In this document: in pieces, positions 1 to 11,870 of the stretch
How the letters are laid out: each line of letters starts with the position of its first letter
Position numbering within the stretch: the first letter of the stretch is position 1
DNA from: Euprymna scolopes
Taxonomy: Eukaryota
Strand: one strand, 5' to 3'
Assembly: GCA_053919585.1 (NCBI GenBank)
Contig: CM132791.1
DNA: 64,000 nt
The notes under the pieces: generated by a model
Seen by the model: only the letters and a program-made list of their open reading frames with translations
The model's database searches: none
Told to the model about the DNA's origin: nothing
Program-made: the position numbers and the translations under genes

Positions 1-100
1 TAAATACGAGTATGGCTATTCTTTAGGACTGGCTTCTTTAATTCGTTAACTATCGTAAATAAGCCGTGAATTTTTCAAATAACTGTGATATTCTCAACAT

Positions 101-140
101 TAAGTTAGCTGTTTCGCTGTATCACAGATCTTCAGTGCGG
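101..140 (-). ncRNA. Degenerate hammerhead-like motif
   Basis: Minus strand reads gca-CTGAAGA-t-ctg-tgata-cag-c-GAAA-cAGCT-aac: both core boxes, short stem II and palindromic AGCT, but no U16.1-H17 or stem I partner. Confidence 0.4.
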
Positions 141-176
141 TTAAACTAGTAACTACCTAAAGCCATGATTAAAATC

Positions 177-840
177 CGACCTACTTCTGACAAAAAACTG
201 CTTGATGTAAATACGATATTCACGTTTCGCCCGGTTACTTCTAGATCCACATCCATATTCAAGGATTATTATCGAAACATATTTTATCGGAGTGTGCATG
301 TGATGTAATTTTCTTCTTCGTTAAATCACTATTACTTAAAAATAACGACCTACTTCCTATTTCGTAAATATTTAGTACGGCATAATCACGTTGACACACC
401 AGTCCTTACTGGATCACCGAAGTTAAGCAACGTTGGACCTGGTCAGTACTAAATGGGTGACCATTTGAGACTTCCATGTGCTGTATATGCTCTCCGCTTA
501 TCTCGGCCTTGTTTTCCAGTCATCCTGATTTTCTCTTTGCCACTGGACTCAAACAGTGCCGAGTCAGGAGAGGTGTGTTGATGATTGCGCAACCCTTGCC
601 TCATAATTACACGCACAGCTGCCCCTACAGGAGGTATCATTTGTCTTTCGAGATTGAACGGAGGCATCGACTTCCTATTTCTGACAAAAAACTGCTTGAT
701 GTAACTGCTATGATCACGTTTCTTGATTCGTATCCATATTCAAGGATTATTATCGCAACATATTTAGAATATTTATCGGAGTATGTATGTGATGTATTTA
801 TTTTCTTCTTCAGTAAATACAGTATTTCTTAAAAATAACC
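177..840 (+). repeat. ~170-bp direct repeat pair (about 177-350 and 669-840) bracketing the 5S-derived SINE
   Basis: Shared blocks ttctgacaaaaaactgcttgatgtaa, ccatattcaaggattattatcg, tttatcggagt and cttaaaaataac in both copies. Confidence 0.8.
374..660 (+). mobile_element. 5S rRNA-derived SINE (SINE3-like); 5S head about 374-487
   Basis: tacggcataatcacgttga..gatcaccgaagttaagcaacgttggacctggtcagtact..atgggtgacc..gtgctgta follows the 5S rRNA sequence, with box A (agttaagc) and box C-like (atgggtgacc). Many substitutions, no T-run terminator, followed by a non-5S body. Second copy at 29198. Confidence 0.8.
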
Positions 841-1845
841 ACTCTGAAGACTAGTACATAATCCACATGTATATTTATTTAAAGAGAAAAGGTAAAAGCT
901 AAAAGAGAAAAAAAATGAGTTGTACGAGAAAGTGAAAACAATCAAACAAATGAGGGTAGAAAATGAAGGACTTAAACAAATCGAAAGACTGAATAAAGAA
1001 ATGGATAATTAATTGTAACGTTGAATGAGAAAATAAACAAACACATTGGACAGAAGAAGAAATGGGTATAACATACCGTTCACGCCGGGGCTGGGAAGAG
1101 ATAAAGAAGAAAGAGGCGTGTTGTGTCGCCAGTGGCTGCAAAAAGGAAGTAAATACCAACCGGAAGAAGAAATTAGGAAGAAAGTAACTTTTTAGTTAAG
1201 AATAACTTAAAGGGACATAAAGGGTTCAAAACAGAGAGGCAGAACACCGAATTCAAAGATAAAAATTTATAAAATAGCAAATGTCTCAATAACTTGATCT
1301 GATGAGGAAAATGAATATGATCTTCAGAACCAGCATTCTAAATCAGTCTAAATCAGCTTAGAAACCGTGGGCAATACAAAATGAATTACCCATTGTTATC
1401 CATAGCACTTTTAAAATCGTTTAAGCATGTAATCGTTGTATTGGAATTTATTTCATTAGATATTGGTTTTTCTTAGATTTAATTAGCAGTGCGTCTAGTA
1501 TATGAGGTTTAAGCTTTAAGTGGTATGTATAAGAATAGATGTGTTTTCTAGTAAAAGTTTTCAAAATTGAAGCGGCGGACAATAATGTTGGTTAGCAAAG
1601 AACTTGTATATGGAGATTTGACTATAGCGGAGAGTAAACGGTATAAGCAGAAAAATGAAATTCTATATTGCATAGAGTTATGAAAGTGACGATAAATTAT
1701 CACAAAAACAGGGAGGAGTTATAAGGAGTTCGTTTCGAAAGCAAACAGTGTAAAAATTGCGGCAGTTAAATGGAATAACATTACACATTCGAAATTACAC
1801 GCGAGAATTCGTTTTATAATTGGATACTTCTTATCTTGAGTGATT

Positions 1846-2250
1846 TTATTCACAACGATTCGGTCGATGTAACACTTAGCTTTCTCAAGTGTATCTTGTT
1901 CAACTCGGAAATCTCACAGAATTTCCATAGGAACCCTTAATCTAATCCTTGTTGGTAACATGCGCTCGTTCAGTCGGCGATGTAGAAATCTTAATTCCCA
2001 ATTGTATTTTGAGTGTCGCCCGTACTGAATGTCGAACCTTCAACTTCCGGAGCAGTGTAACTTTATAACTGAATTTCATTAAGCAGTTTATCAACTACAC
2101 CACGGCTACTTGCATGCAAACTTTGTAGACTAAATACAGGGTTTCAACAAGATGCATCTGAAGAAGTTCAGAGATTACAGCGGCTGAAACTTTGTGAAAA
2201 TAACATTAGAGATGAGAACAGTATTCCTAAAAATCCAAATAATACAGATA
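1846..2250 (-). mobile_element. tRNA-derived SINE with inverted terminal arms carrying degenerate hammerhead-type motifs
   Basis: Minus strand A box TGGTGTAGTTGA (2091-2102) and B box GGTTCGACATT (2028-2038). Arms 1846-1900 and 2146-2202 are imperfect inverted repeats; the right arm reads CTGAAGA-agtt..ggct-GAAActttgtga. Confidence 0.55.
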
Positions 2251-2261
2251 CTCATTCCTTA

Positions 2262-3981
2262 TCTCTAATATAAATCTCACCTGTCTGTTTAAATGTATGT
2301 ATGTATGTATGTATAGTCAGGTCATGTCATATACTACTGGTACCATGTAACCCAGTACTACCTGCCTCATGATCGGGTCACCGGCTACTAAACTGGTTCC
2401 TCCACCAGACTTGTTTGGTGGGGAGTGCGGTAAGTCTCCCAGAAGAATTAAAAACAAGACCTTTCAAAGGGCGAATACACCCTTTTTCGGGGTCAACGGC
2501 CAACTAGCACCGTGTGTGTTTGTGTGTATGTATGTGTGTATTGGGTATGGAGAGGGCTCCCTTAAGCCGTGGTGAAGGCAACCTTTCGAGGAGAAGCAAA
2601 TCTCTGATTTAAAAAACCATAAAGCGGGAGACCAGTACCCCCATTAAGCTGGCCTGCAGTTTAACTTGTTGCTTGCTATCTTGCTCTTGCTTGTTGCTGG
2701 ATCTCAACATTTTGAACCAAGAGAGAGACTTAGCTGTCGTACAAAGCTAAACTCTGTAACATCATCTGTGTATAGATACTCCCCCAATCATTTGTCTATA
2801 AAAATGGTCCTGTGGCGATGTAAGTCATTTTGGGGCTCATGGACTTTAAGTGCTGAGGGAGTGGCACTCGTCTGACAAGACGTTGCAATCATCATGTATG
2901 TATGTATTTTCGGGGTCAACGGCTAACTAGCACCGTGTGTGTTTGTGTGTATGCATGTGTGTGTTGGGGGGAGAGGGCTCCCTTAAGCCGTTGTGAAGGC
3001 AACCTTTCTAGGAGAAGCAAATCTCTGGTTTAAAAAAAAACATAAAGCGGGAGACCAGTATCCGCATTAAGCTGGTCTGCAGTTTAACTTGTTGCTTGCT
3101 ATCTTGCTCTTGCTTGTTGCTGGATCTCAACATTTTGAACCGAGAGAGAGACTTAGCTGTTGTACAAAGCTAAGACTTAACATTATCTGTGTATAGATAC
3201 TCCCTCAGGCATTTGTCTATAAAAATGGTCTTATGGCGATGGAAAAGTTGTGACGTGTGGAAGCTTGAAATGCTGGAAGCGTGTAATAATTGATCTCAAT
3301 GACCGTCTTCAGTGTCATCATGCCTGCTTAAGCGTGTGAATTCACCGATAGGACTAAAAAAAAAGTCATTTTTGGGTTCATAGTCTTTAAGTGTCTAATG
3401 GAGTGGCGCTCGTCTGACAAGACGTTGCAATCATCATCATGTATGTATGTATGTATGTATATGTGTAGGTATCACAAAAACTTTCGATAGAGACTACGGA
3501 TTTTCACGAGATAGATATCATTTTGAAGCTCGACCCTTCGGATGACAAATATCGAAAAATTGGCTAAAAACATTAATTCATTCATCGACTGGACACTTTT
3601 CCATAGGAAGAGGTCGCTTTTCTTACCGACATTTTCGAAAGTTATCGCTTGTTTTCGCTTGCCTAGCCTTAATTTAAGCCTACATTAGTTTCGGTTTGGC
3701 GATGGGCGCAACAGCAAGGACATCACGTTTTTCTCACGTTCTTTTCCTCCTTTGCGGTACGGGTTCGAGCCTCCCTTCCTACTACACATTTTTTGCGCTC
3801 ACAGTTTTCCTTTTTTTTTTTTTTTTGCTCAACCAAAACCTTACACACAACTCCACTTTCTTTTCCGCCTTCGCGTCACGGGTTCGAACCTGCCTGCCTA
3901 CTAAAACTGTTTTTTTTTTTTTTTTTTTTTGGCTCAGCCCACACTTACAAAGACTCGGGCAACGTCGGGCACCCAGGCTAG
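2262..3981 (+). mobile_element. Non-autonomous Helitron-like element (interrupted by a SINE dimer)
   Basis: 5' A|TCtctaatataaat followed by tgtctg and an (ATGT)n tract; 3' GC-rich ctcgggcaacgtcgggcacccagg then CTAG|T. Reverse-strand copy of the 3' part at 11106. Confidence 0.7.
2316..3440 (+). mobile_element. Tandem pair of a non-coding retroelement resembling an RTE 5'UTR-derived SINE (unit 1 2316-2895, 5'-truncated unit 2 2907-3440)
   Basis: Near-identical units (ttttcggggtcaacggc...gacaagacgttgcaatcatcat), each ending in (CAT)n/(ATGT)n. The gaaggcaacc..aggagaagcaaatctctg motif resembles RTE 5'UTRs. Unit 2 has about 120 extra bp (3241-3360). Confidence 0.6.
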
Positions 3982-6188
3982 TCTAAAATAAAATCGAAAA
4001 TGTAGTACACTAAAAAAATGTATGCGATTCTGAAAGAATCAGAGGAGCTACACTGATTCAACGTGTAATGAACGTGGAAGTTTTTTTTTTCTTCTGTGAA
4101 ATGCAGTTTTTAGAAGTCACTAGAAAAGTCACAAATGCTTCGAATGTTTCGCGTTATGATTTGATTAGTGCGTCCACATATCGAGTCTGTGAAAAGGAGT
4201 GCATGCTGCTTGAAGGCCTAATAGCATTTCTTAAGAGCAACGTCTTAATGCCATTGGTAGAGGGTCTGGATATCTGTCATATTTGTTCAAGAGGCTTTTA
4301 TACTTTACGAAGATAAACAACGGCATTCCCTCTTTTGACATTTCATAAAAAGTAGCAGATGATGCTCTAACCAACTAAGGGACCCATTACGTATTTCTTC
4401 TTTTTTTTTTATTGTACTTCAATTTGTCCTCGGAGATCAAGATATATTTTTCTGAGGTTGACATTTGATTTATTTATGCGTTACAATCATATCAGAAAGC
4501 TCTTTTAAGTTATTTACGCTGTTAATTTTAGAGTTGTTGCCAGACTTCGTTGCGAATGTGTTAAATATGAATTATATGTCGATTATTTTGTAGATTTTCT
4601 CTGATTAAACAAGATGTCGTTACAAGATATCCTCAAAAAAAGATGTCATTACCACACGCGTCTGTGGATGCAAGTGTATCTACCTAAATGTCTTACAAGT
4701 AATGTTCGCTTTTCGCTCGTCATCGTTTTTTTTAACTGTATATTTAGTCAAATAATAGACAATACGACTGAGACGCAAATAGTGCTCTGAATTATGCGCC
4801 AGATTTATATCCTTAATGGTGAATTGTGTCGCAAGACATTTATTTCCCTTACATCATGATTGGTTAGTGTTTCTACACGTCGAGTATATGTAAAAGAATG
4901 CATGCTGCTTGTAGGCCTAAAATATTCCAAAAAGTAATGCAGTAACGCCATTTGTAAAAGGTCTGCATACATGCCATAATTATTCAAAAGAGTGTCTGCA
5001 TGTTGGTATAATCGCGGTAACAATGAACAATGAATGAATTCCAAAAGAAAGCATTCTGGGAAAAATCTACTAAAGTAGAAAACAGCGAATAACTTGGATT
5101 TTGATGATTGGTCGACGGTATTTGCAATGAGAAGGTAAACACGCAACAAGTTCGTGGGGGCACATTCCAATCAAATACTTGTAAGGCATAGGGATATACC
5201 ACTGCGGCTATGAAACGGAAGCTAGAGTTGCACTTATTTGATAAGAGTGTCTAAAAAGGGCAAAGACGAATAATTAATACTTCATTATTATACACATGGT
5301 CGAATTTTAGTTACTATAGGACGCTGGCATGTGTAAGATCTATGCATAATCCACATTATTTTTGTTATGAAGATATATCTTGAAAAATTACCGAGTCATT
5401 TTTCTGTAAAACTTCTGTTATAGTGAGTTGACTATTTCATAATTTTGAATACTTATTTTATTATATATATTATACCTACATACATACATACATACATACA
5501 CATATATATATATATACATATATTAACTGAAATTTTACAATTCTTTCAAATTACAGCTTGTATAATACTGTGAAATAAAAATATCAATATTGAGTGATAA
5601 ATAAGCTCAATATGCTAAAAATAGAGCAATGGTAAAAATGAAAATTTCGAATTACATTCAATACATTAAAAAAAATTACGACACATATTATGGAAAGTTT
5701 TTTCTTTAATCCATGGATTTTCACTAAAGAGAAAATGTTTTTAGCAAAATAATATTTATAGGTAGTAATACAAAATAATATTTATAGGCAGTCATATTTA
5801 CCAAATAGATTAAAAAGGATTGCACAAAAGGCCTAAACGAAATCAAAATAAAGAAAGGATATTTCATTGTGTAGGTAGGTTTAATGAAGAAATACAACAT
5901 AGAATATCCTTTAATATTTTTAGTAAACAACATTAATTACCCCCTCTCAAAATAACAAGTTTATTACGCGTGTCGTGTTTTTGGTCTTGCCTGGTTTCAT
6001 GACCAGGATTCATTTGGACTGGTCGGTTACCCAGCTCAGAGAAAATCCACCAAGATAAGATTAAGCATTCTACGTATGACCTGTGTCGGGGTAATCTTAT
6101 TTCTTATTTGGGCTTTAAATATTACGTAATTTAATACTGAGGATCAAATGTAAGAAATTTATCATCTACCATAATTCAGCACATCGTC

Positions 6189-6243
<55 letters not shown>

Positions 6244-6359
6244 TACTGTTTTTTGGGGAAAGAATTCCAACAAAGTGTTCGATTACAAAGACAAACCTTT
6301 TTTTGGATATAAGAGCTTAATATTTATTTATTTAAATCTATAGAAGGACAGAAAAACAT

Positions 6360-6427
6360 TAGTACCGTCGGTTTCAAGCCTGACAGTTAATGGTAAATCG
6401 TAAATAATGTTAAGCTCTCGTCAGCCA
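6360..6427 (-). ncRNA. Type I hammerhead ribozyme (minus-strand partner of head-to-head pair)
   Basis: Reverse complement: tgg-CTGACGA-gagcttaaca...tgtcaggctt-GAAA-ccg-a-cgg-TA-cta. Confidence 0.7.
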
Positions 6428-6438
6428 TGTTTTCAATA

Positions 6439-6518
6439 TGGCTGACGAGAGCCTAACATTATTTACAATTTACTATTAACTCGTTGCCCGTATGTTAGGC
6501 TTGAAACCGACGGTACCA
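6439..6518 (+). ncRNA. Type I hammerhead ribozyme with long stem II
   Basis: tgg-CTGACGA-gagcctaacat[loop]atgttaggctt-GAAA-ccg-a-cgg-TA-cca. Complete core, 11-bp stem II, GUA triplet (cleavage after 6515), stem I tgg/cca. Confidence 0.8.
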
Positions 6519-6606
6519 ATGTTTTCTAACCTTCTGTACATTTAAATATATACATATGTATATATATATATTGTTACGCCGAAATCCAACCTTACTGGTG
6601 ACGTAA

Positions 6607-6684
<78 letters not shown>

Positions 6685-8029
6685 AATTTTCCCAGGTTCC
6701 TTAGCAATGCATTGATATGGGAAAGGAAAATCCGTCTCGAAGGCAACAATAAAATCAAATATAATGGACAACAAAATCACATGAAAATAAAGAGGACAAA
6801 TACCGATAAAAAATTAACAAACTTTTATTTATATAAAATAAATAAAATTCAGTTCAAGAAAAGAAAAAGTATATATCTAACTAAGTGAAATACTTTTATG
6901 TTATTCAAACTTTTCTGAGAGAAAAATATATAACCAATATGTAACAGTCCATATTCATATCAAAGAAAAAATGTTGTCTGCTCTGTCTGAGATGGATCAT
7001 AATATATATGAAAGAGATATAAAATTTTGGATGGATAACTCACTGATTTCCTTTTACAATGTATCATTTCCTTTGATTTTTCTTATGTTGTTTATATATG
7101 TTGCGCAACGGCTCCCCGCTGTTTTCAATCGCATTTCCTCGTTGTTTACATTTGTTACGCGCGTGCGTGTTGTTTGCTCCAAATCCTCGTTTCTGAAGGT
7201 CATATAAAGTCACTGGTCTGTCGTTGGTATTTTGCCATTCTTTCGATTTTTCACCCAGCTATATCGTCGTCTGGTTTATTTTTGTCTTGCTTAATAGATG
7301 AATGGTTTGCATGTCCCACCATCCAATGTCCTCAAGTGTCAGGTGGTCTATGAGGCAACACCACGATGATCAGTAATGGTGGAACGTAGTTAGTATTGTT
7401 CTATTTAAGAGGACAGCTCAATAAAAACTTGTTTATATTAGATTTGAAAGCAGCCATGTTATAGCCATGTGGGAAGCACTTCGCAATATTGTGCTCCAGA
7501 AACGGGTAGTTCTAGGAAATAGACTTTGTTCATGGAATTTACGTTTAATTTTAGGCACATATAGATAATAAAGACATTTCTGAGAGTTGTTGTAGCGAAA
7601 CGAATGTCTACTGCGAATGTTCTACGGGGTGGCCGTCCATATATAATAGCATAGGTGAGCACTTACCATGAATATATCGACAGAGCAGAGGCAGACTCGT
7701 TATGTCTCTTCTACGAAAAAGAGGCAGTACCTAACGAAAAATATCTTCATCCACTAGATTTCGAAGCTGATATTTATCCTGTTCGATCACGTCTGTAATG
7801 ACGAAACTCGAAGGCGCTATGACACCGTGCTGATCGAGTGCAACTTGAGGAAATGACTGTTCAAATATTATGCCAACGTGTGTTGAGAGATACTTGGAGC
7901 TTCTATTTGAGGCCATGTGTAGAGGGGCACTGTCCAAGGAGCTTAGCAGCAAGGTGTCTGTTCACTTTAGGTTTAAACTTTTGCATGGTAGTATAGTAAG
8001 AAAAGCGGAAGACAAGGACGAACTTTCAT

Positions 8030-8250
8030 GTAAGAAATTATTAAAGTAGAAGGCTTTCTGGAATGTAGGAACCTGAACAGTAAAGGGGTGATGTGTTGCT
8101 GGTTAACAGGTTAGTCAGAGTATTTTCATCCAGCGAGCACAAATGCTGTGAGTTCATCAGAATATATTCCATTAAATGATTTGCTAAAATAGGCACAGAG
8201 ATGCAACATTAGGACGATGAGACAAGAGTTGGAACTTGGTTTATAATACT
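8030..8250 (-). mobile_element. CR1-clade LINE 3' fragment
   Basis: Minus strand encodes degenerate LSHR..VASLCLF...SDEL motif; homologous to 13070-13350. Confidence 0.65.
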
Positions 8251-11105
8251 TGATCTATTAGATCGGAGATTCATTTTCGAACCCTATATAATAGGTACAG
8301 ACTATTGTTTGATTGCCCACGCCTTAACACATTCTAGAGAACTTGAATGCCTACTAGACACTATCCTCGAGTGTCTAAGGTCTCTCTGTACAGGGGTTTG
8401 CCAGAACAATCTGGCATGAGGATACTTTTTCCATAGAAGTAAACCCTGACCAAATATTCAAAATCACATAGTATTCGCAGCCCAAATAAGATCTCCTCAC
8501 TACGGCTACTCCACAGATTTTCCGAGGAATAGTGCACCTTCTCCAAGTGATATTACCTCAAAAATAGCACGAAGCTGGATACTCCACCAGACTAGATAAA
8601 TTCTGGTCCTAGAATCCAGTAAGACCAAGAGACCAACATGAAAGATATACTACAACGTATAAAAATGGTTAATTGGGGAGAGGAAAATTATGTTCTCAAT
8701 TCTTTACTAACTCAGTGTTTGAGAGATAAATAACTTAAATGGAACATTCGAATATCTATGTACCTCATATAGAGTTCAAGAGTAAGCCCCTGGTTATGGG
8801 CCCCTTGATTTCTGAGAACTTCGACTGAAGTTAAATAAAACAAAAAAAGTTGAACAACTTTTTTCAAGATAATTTGTAATGTGACCGTTATGCTCTACCA
8901 GTGTTCGTTAATGTTCAAACCTCTTTAGAGTCAGCTTGCTTTTCGGTTGTCAATAAGAGTACGAACGTTCCATGTACCTATGATGAGTGAAGTAATCGCT
9001 TATTGCTTTGTTTTTCGACCGCTGAATTTGGAACCCTGCCAGTTGCGATAAACTTGTCAAGGTTCCATGAAGCAAGCAATTTTCAGGGCACCTTTTCTAG
9101 CTCCTTACTCATGCTATTGAGGTGAGCAATGCATTCCTAAAGAGGGCTGCTTAGTCACTCAGAGATCTGCCGGGTTCCTCTGCTACTTCGGTCAGAAGGA
9201 AGATGACCTTTAGCCTAAACCGCCTGTGTCCAGATGTGCGTGCTGTAGCCGCCAGTGTGTCCACACCTGCTGCGTCGCCGCTCTACTGTCGCTACAGGAT
9301 TTGTTCTGTAGTTGATCCACAACTTCTGAAATATCACGACTTGCGCGTGAATTAGTTTAAAGTGAAGAGAACTTGTGCAGCATTGTCCACACTCTCTCGC
9401 TTGGAAAACGATCCGGATTCAATGGCAAGGCATAATCAAGGCCACTGGAGATAGTACCGTCGGAAAGAAATACCCAAATAAAAATAAATAAATCTGACTC
9501 CACTTTTATTTGTTTTAGTAAAAGGCATTTACTGCCAGTACTTTCTAAACAATGCCTGGCTCTTGTTTCTTTTTAATGTTCATTTCTGCTGCGATGATAT
9601 TAACAAAACCGCTTCGTTTCGACACCAGCTAAAAGTATCTCGCCGCCACTACGGAGCCACACGTCCATCTCATCGCGAATTTTTTTTTCTGCTCCTCCAC
9701 ACGCCGGACGTAGCTATCATTTCTTTTCTTTGATATTATACGTCCAATTTTTTTTTGTCGACGCGCACGTTTCTTCTCTCCGGCCACCTTTTTATCTTTT
9801 TGTTTTCATGCAAGCCCGCGTATATTTCCTCATTTTAACACGTGTCCTTCTTTTCGGTTAATGTTGCTGATATATCTGCAGACCAGCTATCCCAAAGCTT
9901 CTACTGATATTTTCCCACGCGCTCATACGCGCTCTGTTACAATTCGATCACCAGGAAAAGCCTATACTTATCCAAATTAATAATTTGATCATAAGAAAGT
10001 CATATCTATATCTACATCGATCACTTGATCATAAAGAAAAAGATGTTCATATCTGAACTCATTATCGGCTCATTAACTCCACATTATTTGATGATCGCTT
10101 TATATAGATCTACAGAGGTTTAGACATTTTGTATACATCACACCGACTTAATGCTATTTTGTTTACTTTTCACTATAGTATTTCAGAGCTCATTTGTTCA
10201 TATACTTTTTTGTTCTTTTTTTTTTTAGTTTACTTGCATCAGTTCCCTGTAGGTAGTGAATGTTTCACACATGTCAAAAATACCCTTTTATGAACGTTGG
10301 GAAAGAAATGTGTATTTAGTGCGATGCCACCCTGTAAGCATACCAACACAAAGAATTCAACACTTACAGAATGCCAATACAATGGGACACTTTTTACAGA
10401 ACTTTTTTGCAAAGTAAGAATAGACGAAATAATACTGAAATACGCAAAGAAAAAATAACGAAAAAAAATTAAAGAAAGGATCACATCAGGAAAGACGTGG
10501 TATAATAGGAGAAAGATATAATGTAAAAGAAATGCAGAAATGTACAGTAATATAAGGTCGGTACACAAGTTTTTGTATTTATGCAGAATATGGACCATGA
10601 TATAGTAAGAATTTTCCTGACATTTTACGTAAAACTCAGAAATGTGGCGAACGAAGTTTCGTAATTTTTTGTTTCTGGGTAAACGTCGGCTAATTTTCAC
10701 GACAAAAATATATCAGTGCTGTTATTACGAATATAATTCAATGAGAAATTAAGTGAAAAATGTAAACCACTTTTATTGTTGCTGTGAAAAATGTAATAAA
10801 TATTAAACAATTTTTACAAAACTTTTAGAAAATTAAAATTCAAATAAAAAATTACTTGTTAGTTTCATGAAGAAATATTTATTTTGAATAAAATAATGGG
10901 CGAACAAAATCTATCTATATATCAATAGGATAGCGTGTGTTATTTATTTTGTGTGTTACGTTTACATCCGAGTGACTGTCGTTTAATTGTTATGGACTTT
11001 CATTTCTTGTAATAAATAGTTTTGCCAAGAATTTTTCATAAGTTTTGGTTTTGGCTCGGATTATAGCTGATGGAACTCCAATAATCCTTTTTTTTATATA
11101 AATGA

Positions 11106-11870
11106 CTAGCCTGGGTGTCCGGTTGTTTGAATGGGTGTGTTGAGCAAAAAAAAAAAAACGTTGTACCAGGCAGGCAGGCTCGAACCGTTACGCGAAGGGG
11201 GAAAAGAAAGTAGAGGTGGTCAAGGTGTTCGTTGAGGGTAGTGGGATTGGCAATAACCGAAATGGAGGGGAGAGCTTACCTCGGATACGTCTTTTGTTGT
11301 CTGTTGTTGTGTTGCGGGCCTAGGGGAAAAGAGCGGAAGAGAGTTCCAAGATGGTGTCCATGGGGTTTTTATTGGCGTTGACCCCATGCAATTCTCGCAG
11401 AATCGCGTGTGCTCTCGCGCGATTATGCAAATATATAATTCCCGGTCACTATAAAAGCATGACGCTGGAAAGCAGTCAGGCAGTGTCCTGCAGATTGTGT
11501 GTTGTGTGTAGGTGGTTCTGGCGGTCGGATTGTTCTTTGCGACGAACCACGAATCTGCGAATAGCGAGTTTTCTTCTGCCTTTTTTTCTGTCTCTTTCTT
11601 CTTCTTTCTCTACGGTCATTACTGCCAAGAAATCCTCTCTCCTAGAGGTGGGCGGTGCAGGGCGAAACTGACTATTTTCTATCTTTGTTCCTGATTTTTG
11701 CCTACTCTACTACATTTTGCTACATTGAGCAAAAAAAAAAAAAAGAAGGAAAATTGCTAGTGCAAAAAATAAAAAAAAAAAAATAAATAAGAGTCATAAG
11801 CAGGCTCGGATCGGTAACGTGCTAGAGAAAAAAGAGGTGAAAAATAAAACAAACGGTCTCACTATGCACC
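11106..11870 (-). mobile_element. Helitron-like element 3' portion (same family as 2262-3981), split by a solo LTR
   Basis: ctagcctgggtgtccggttg and ggcaggcaggctcgaaccg..cgcgaagg..gaaaagaaagt are reverse complements of the 3' part of the 2262-3981 element; homology resumes after 11725. Confidence 0.65.
11237..11724 (+). mobile_element. Solo LTR (488 bp) with 5-bp TSD TTGAG
   Basis: TTGAG at 11232-11236 and 11725-11729. Ends ggtagt (TG mutated) and gctaCA. Internal ATGCAAAT and TATAAAAG (about 11450). Cleanly interrupts the Helitron-like element. Confidence 0.65.

Noticed and set aside
374-487. Functional 5S rRNA gene
   Set aside because: Too many substitutions, damaged box C, no T-run terminator, not arrayed.
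1299-1310. CTGATGAGGAAA as a hammerhead (also CTGAAGA at 844 and 16347)
   Set aside because: No stem II between the boxes; chance matches.
900-1750. Purine-rich stretch resembling a decayed retroelement ORF1
   Set aside because: No diagnostic motif could be identified by eye.
6495-6780. ORFs with YIYIYI/ERERER runs (also 15726, 24949, 25784, 44688)
   Set aside because: Translations of (TA)n/(GA)n microsatellites, not genes.
10239-10700. 153-aa minus-strand ORF
   Set aside because: Low-complexity F/I/L-rich translation of A-rich DNA with no recognisable domain.
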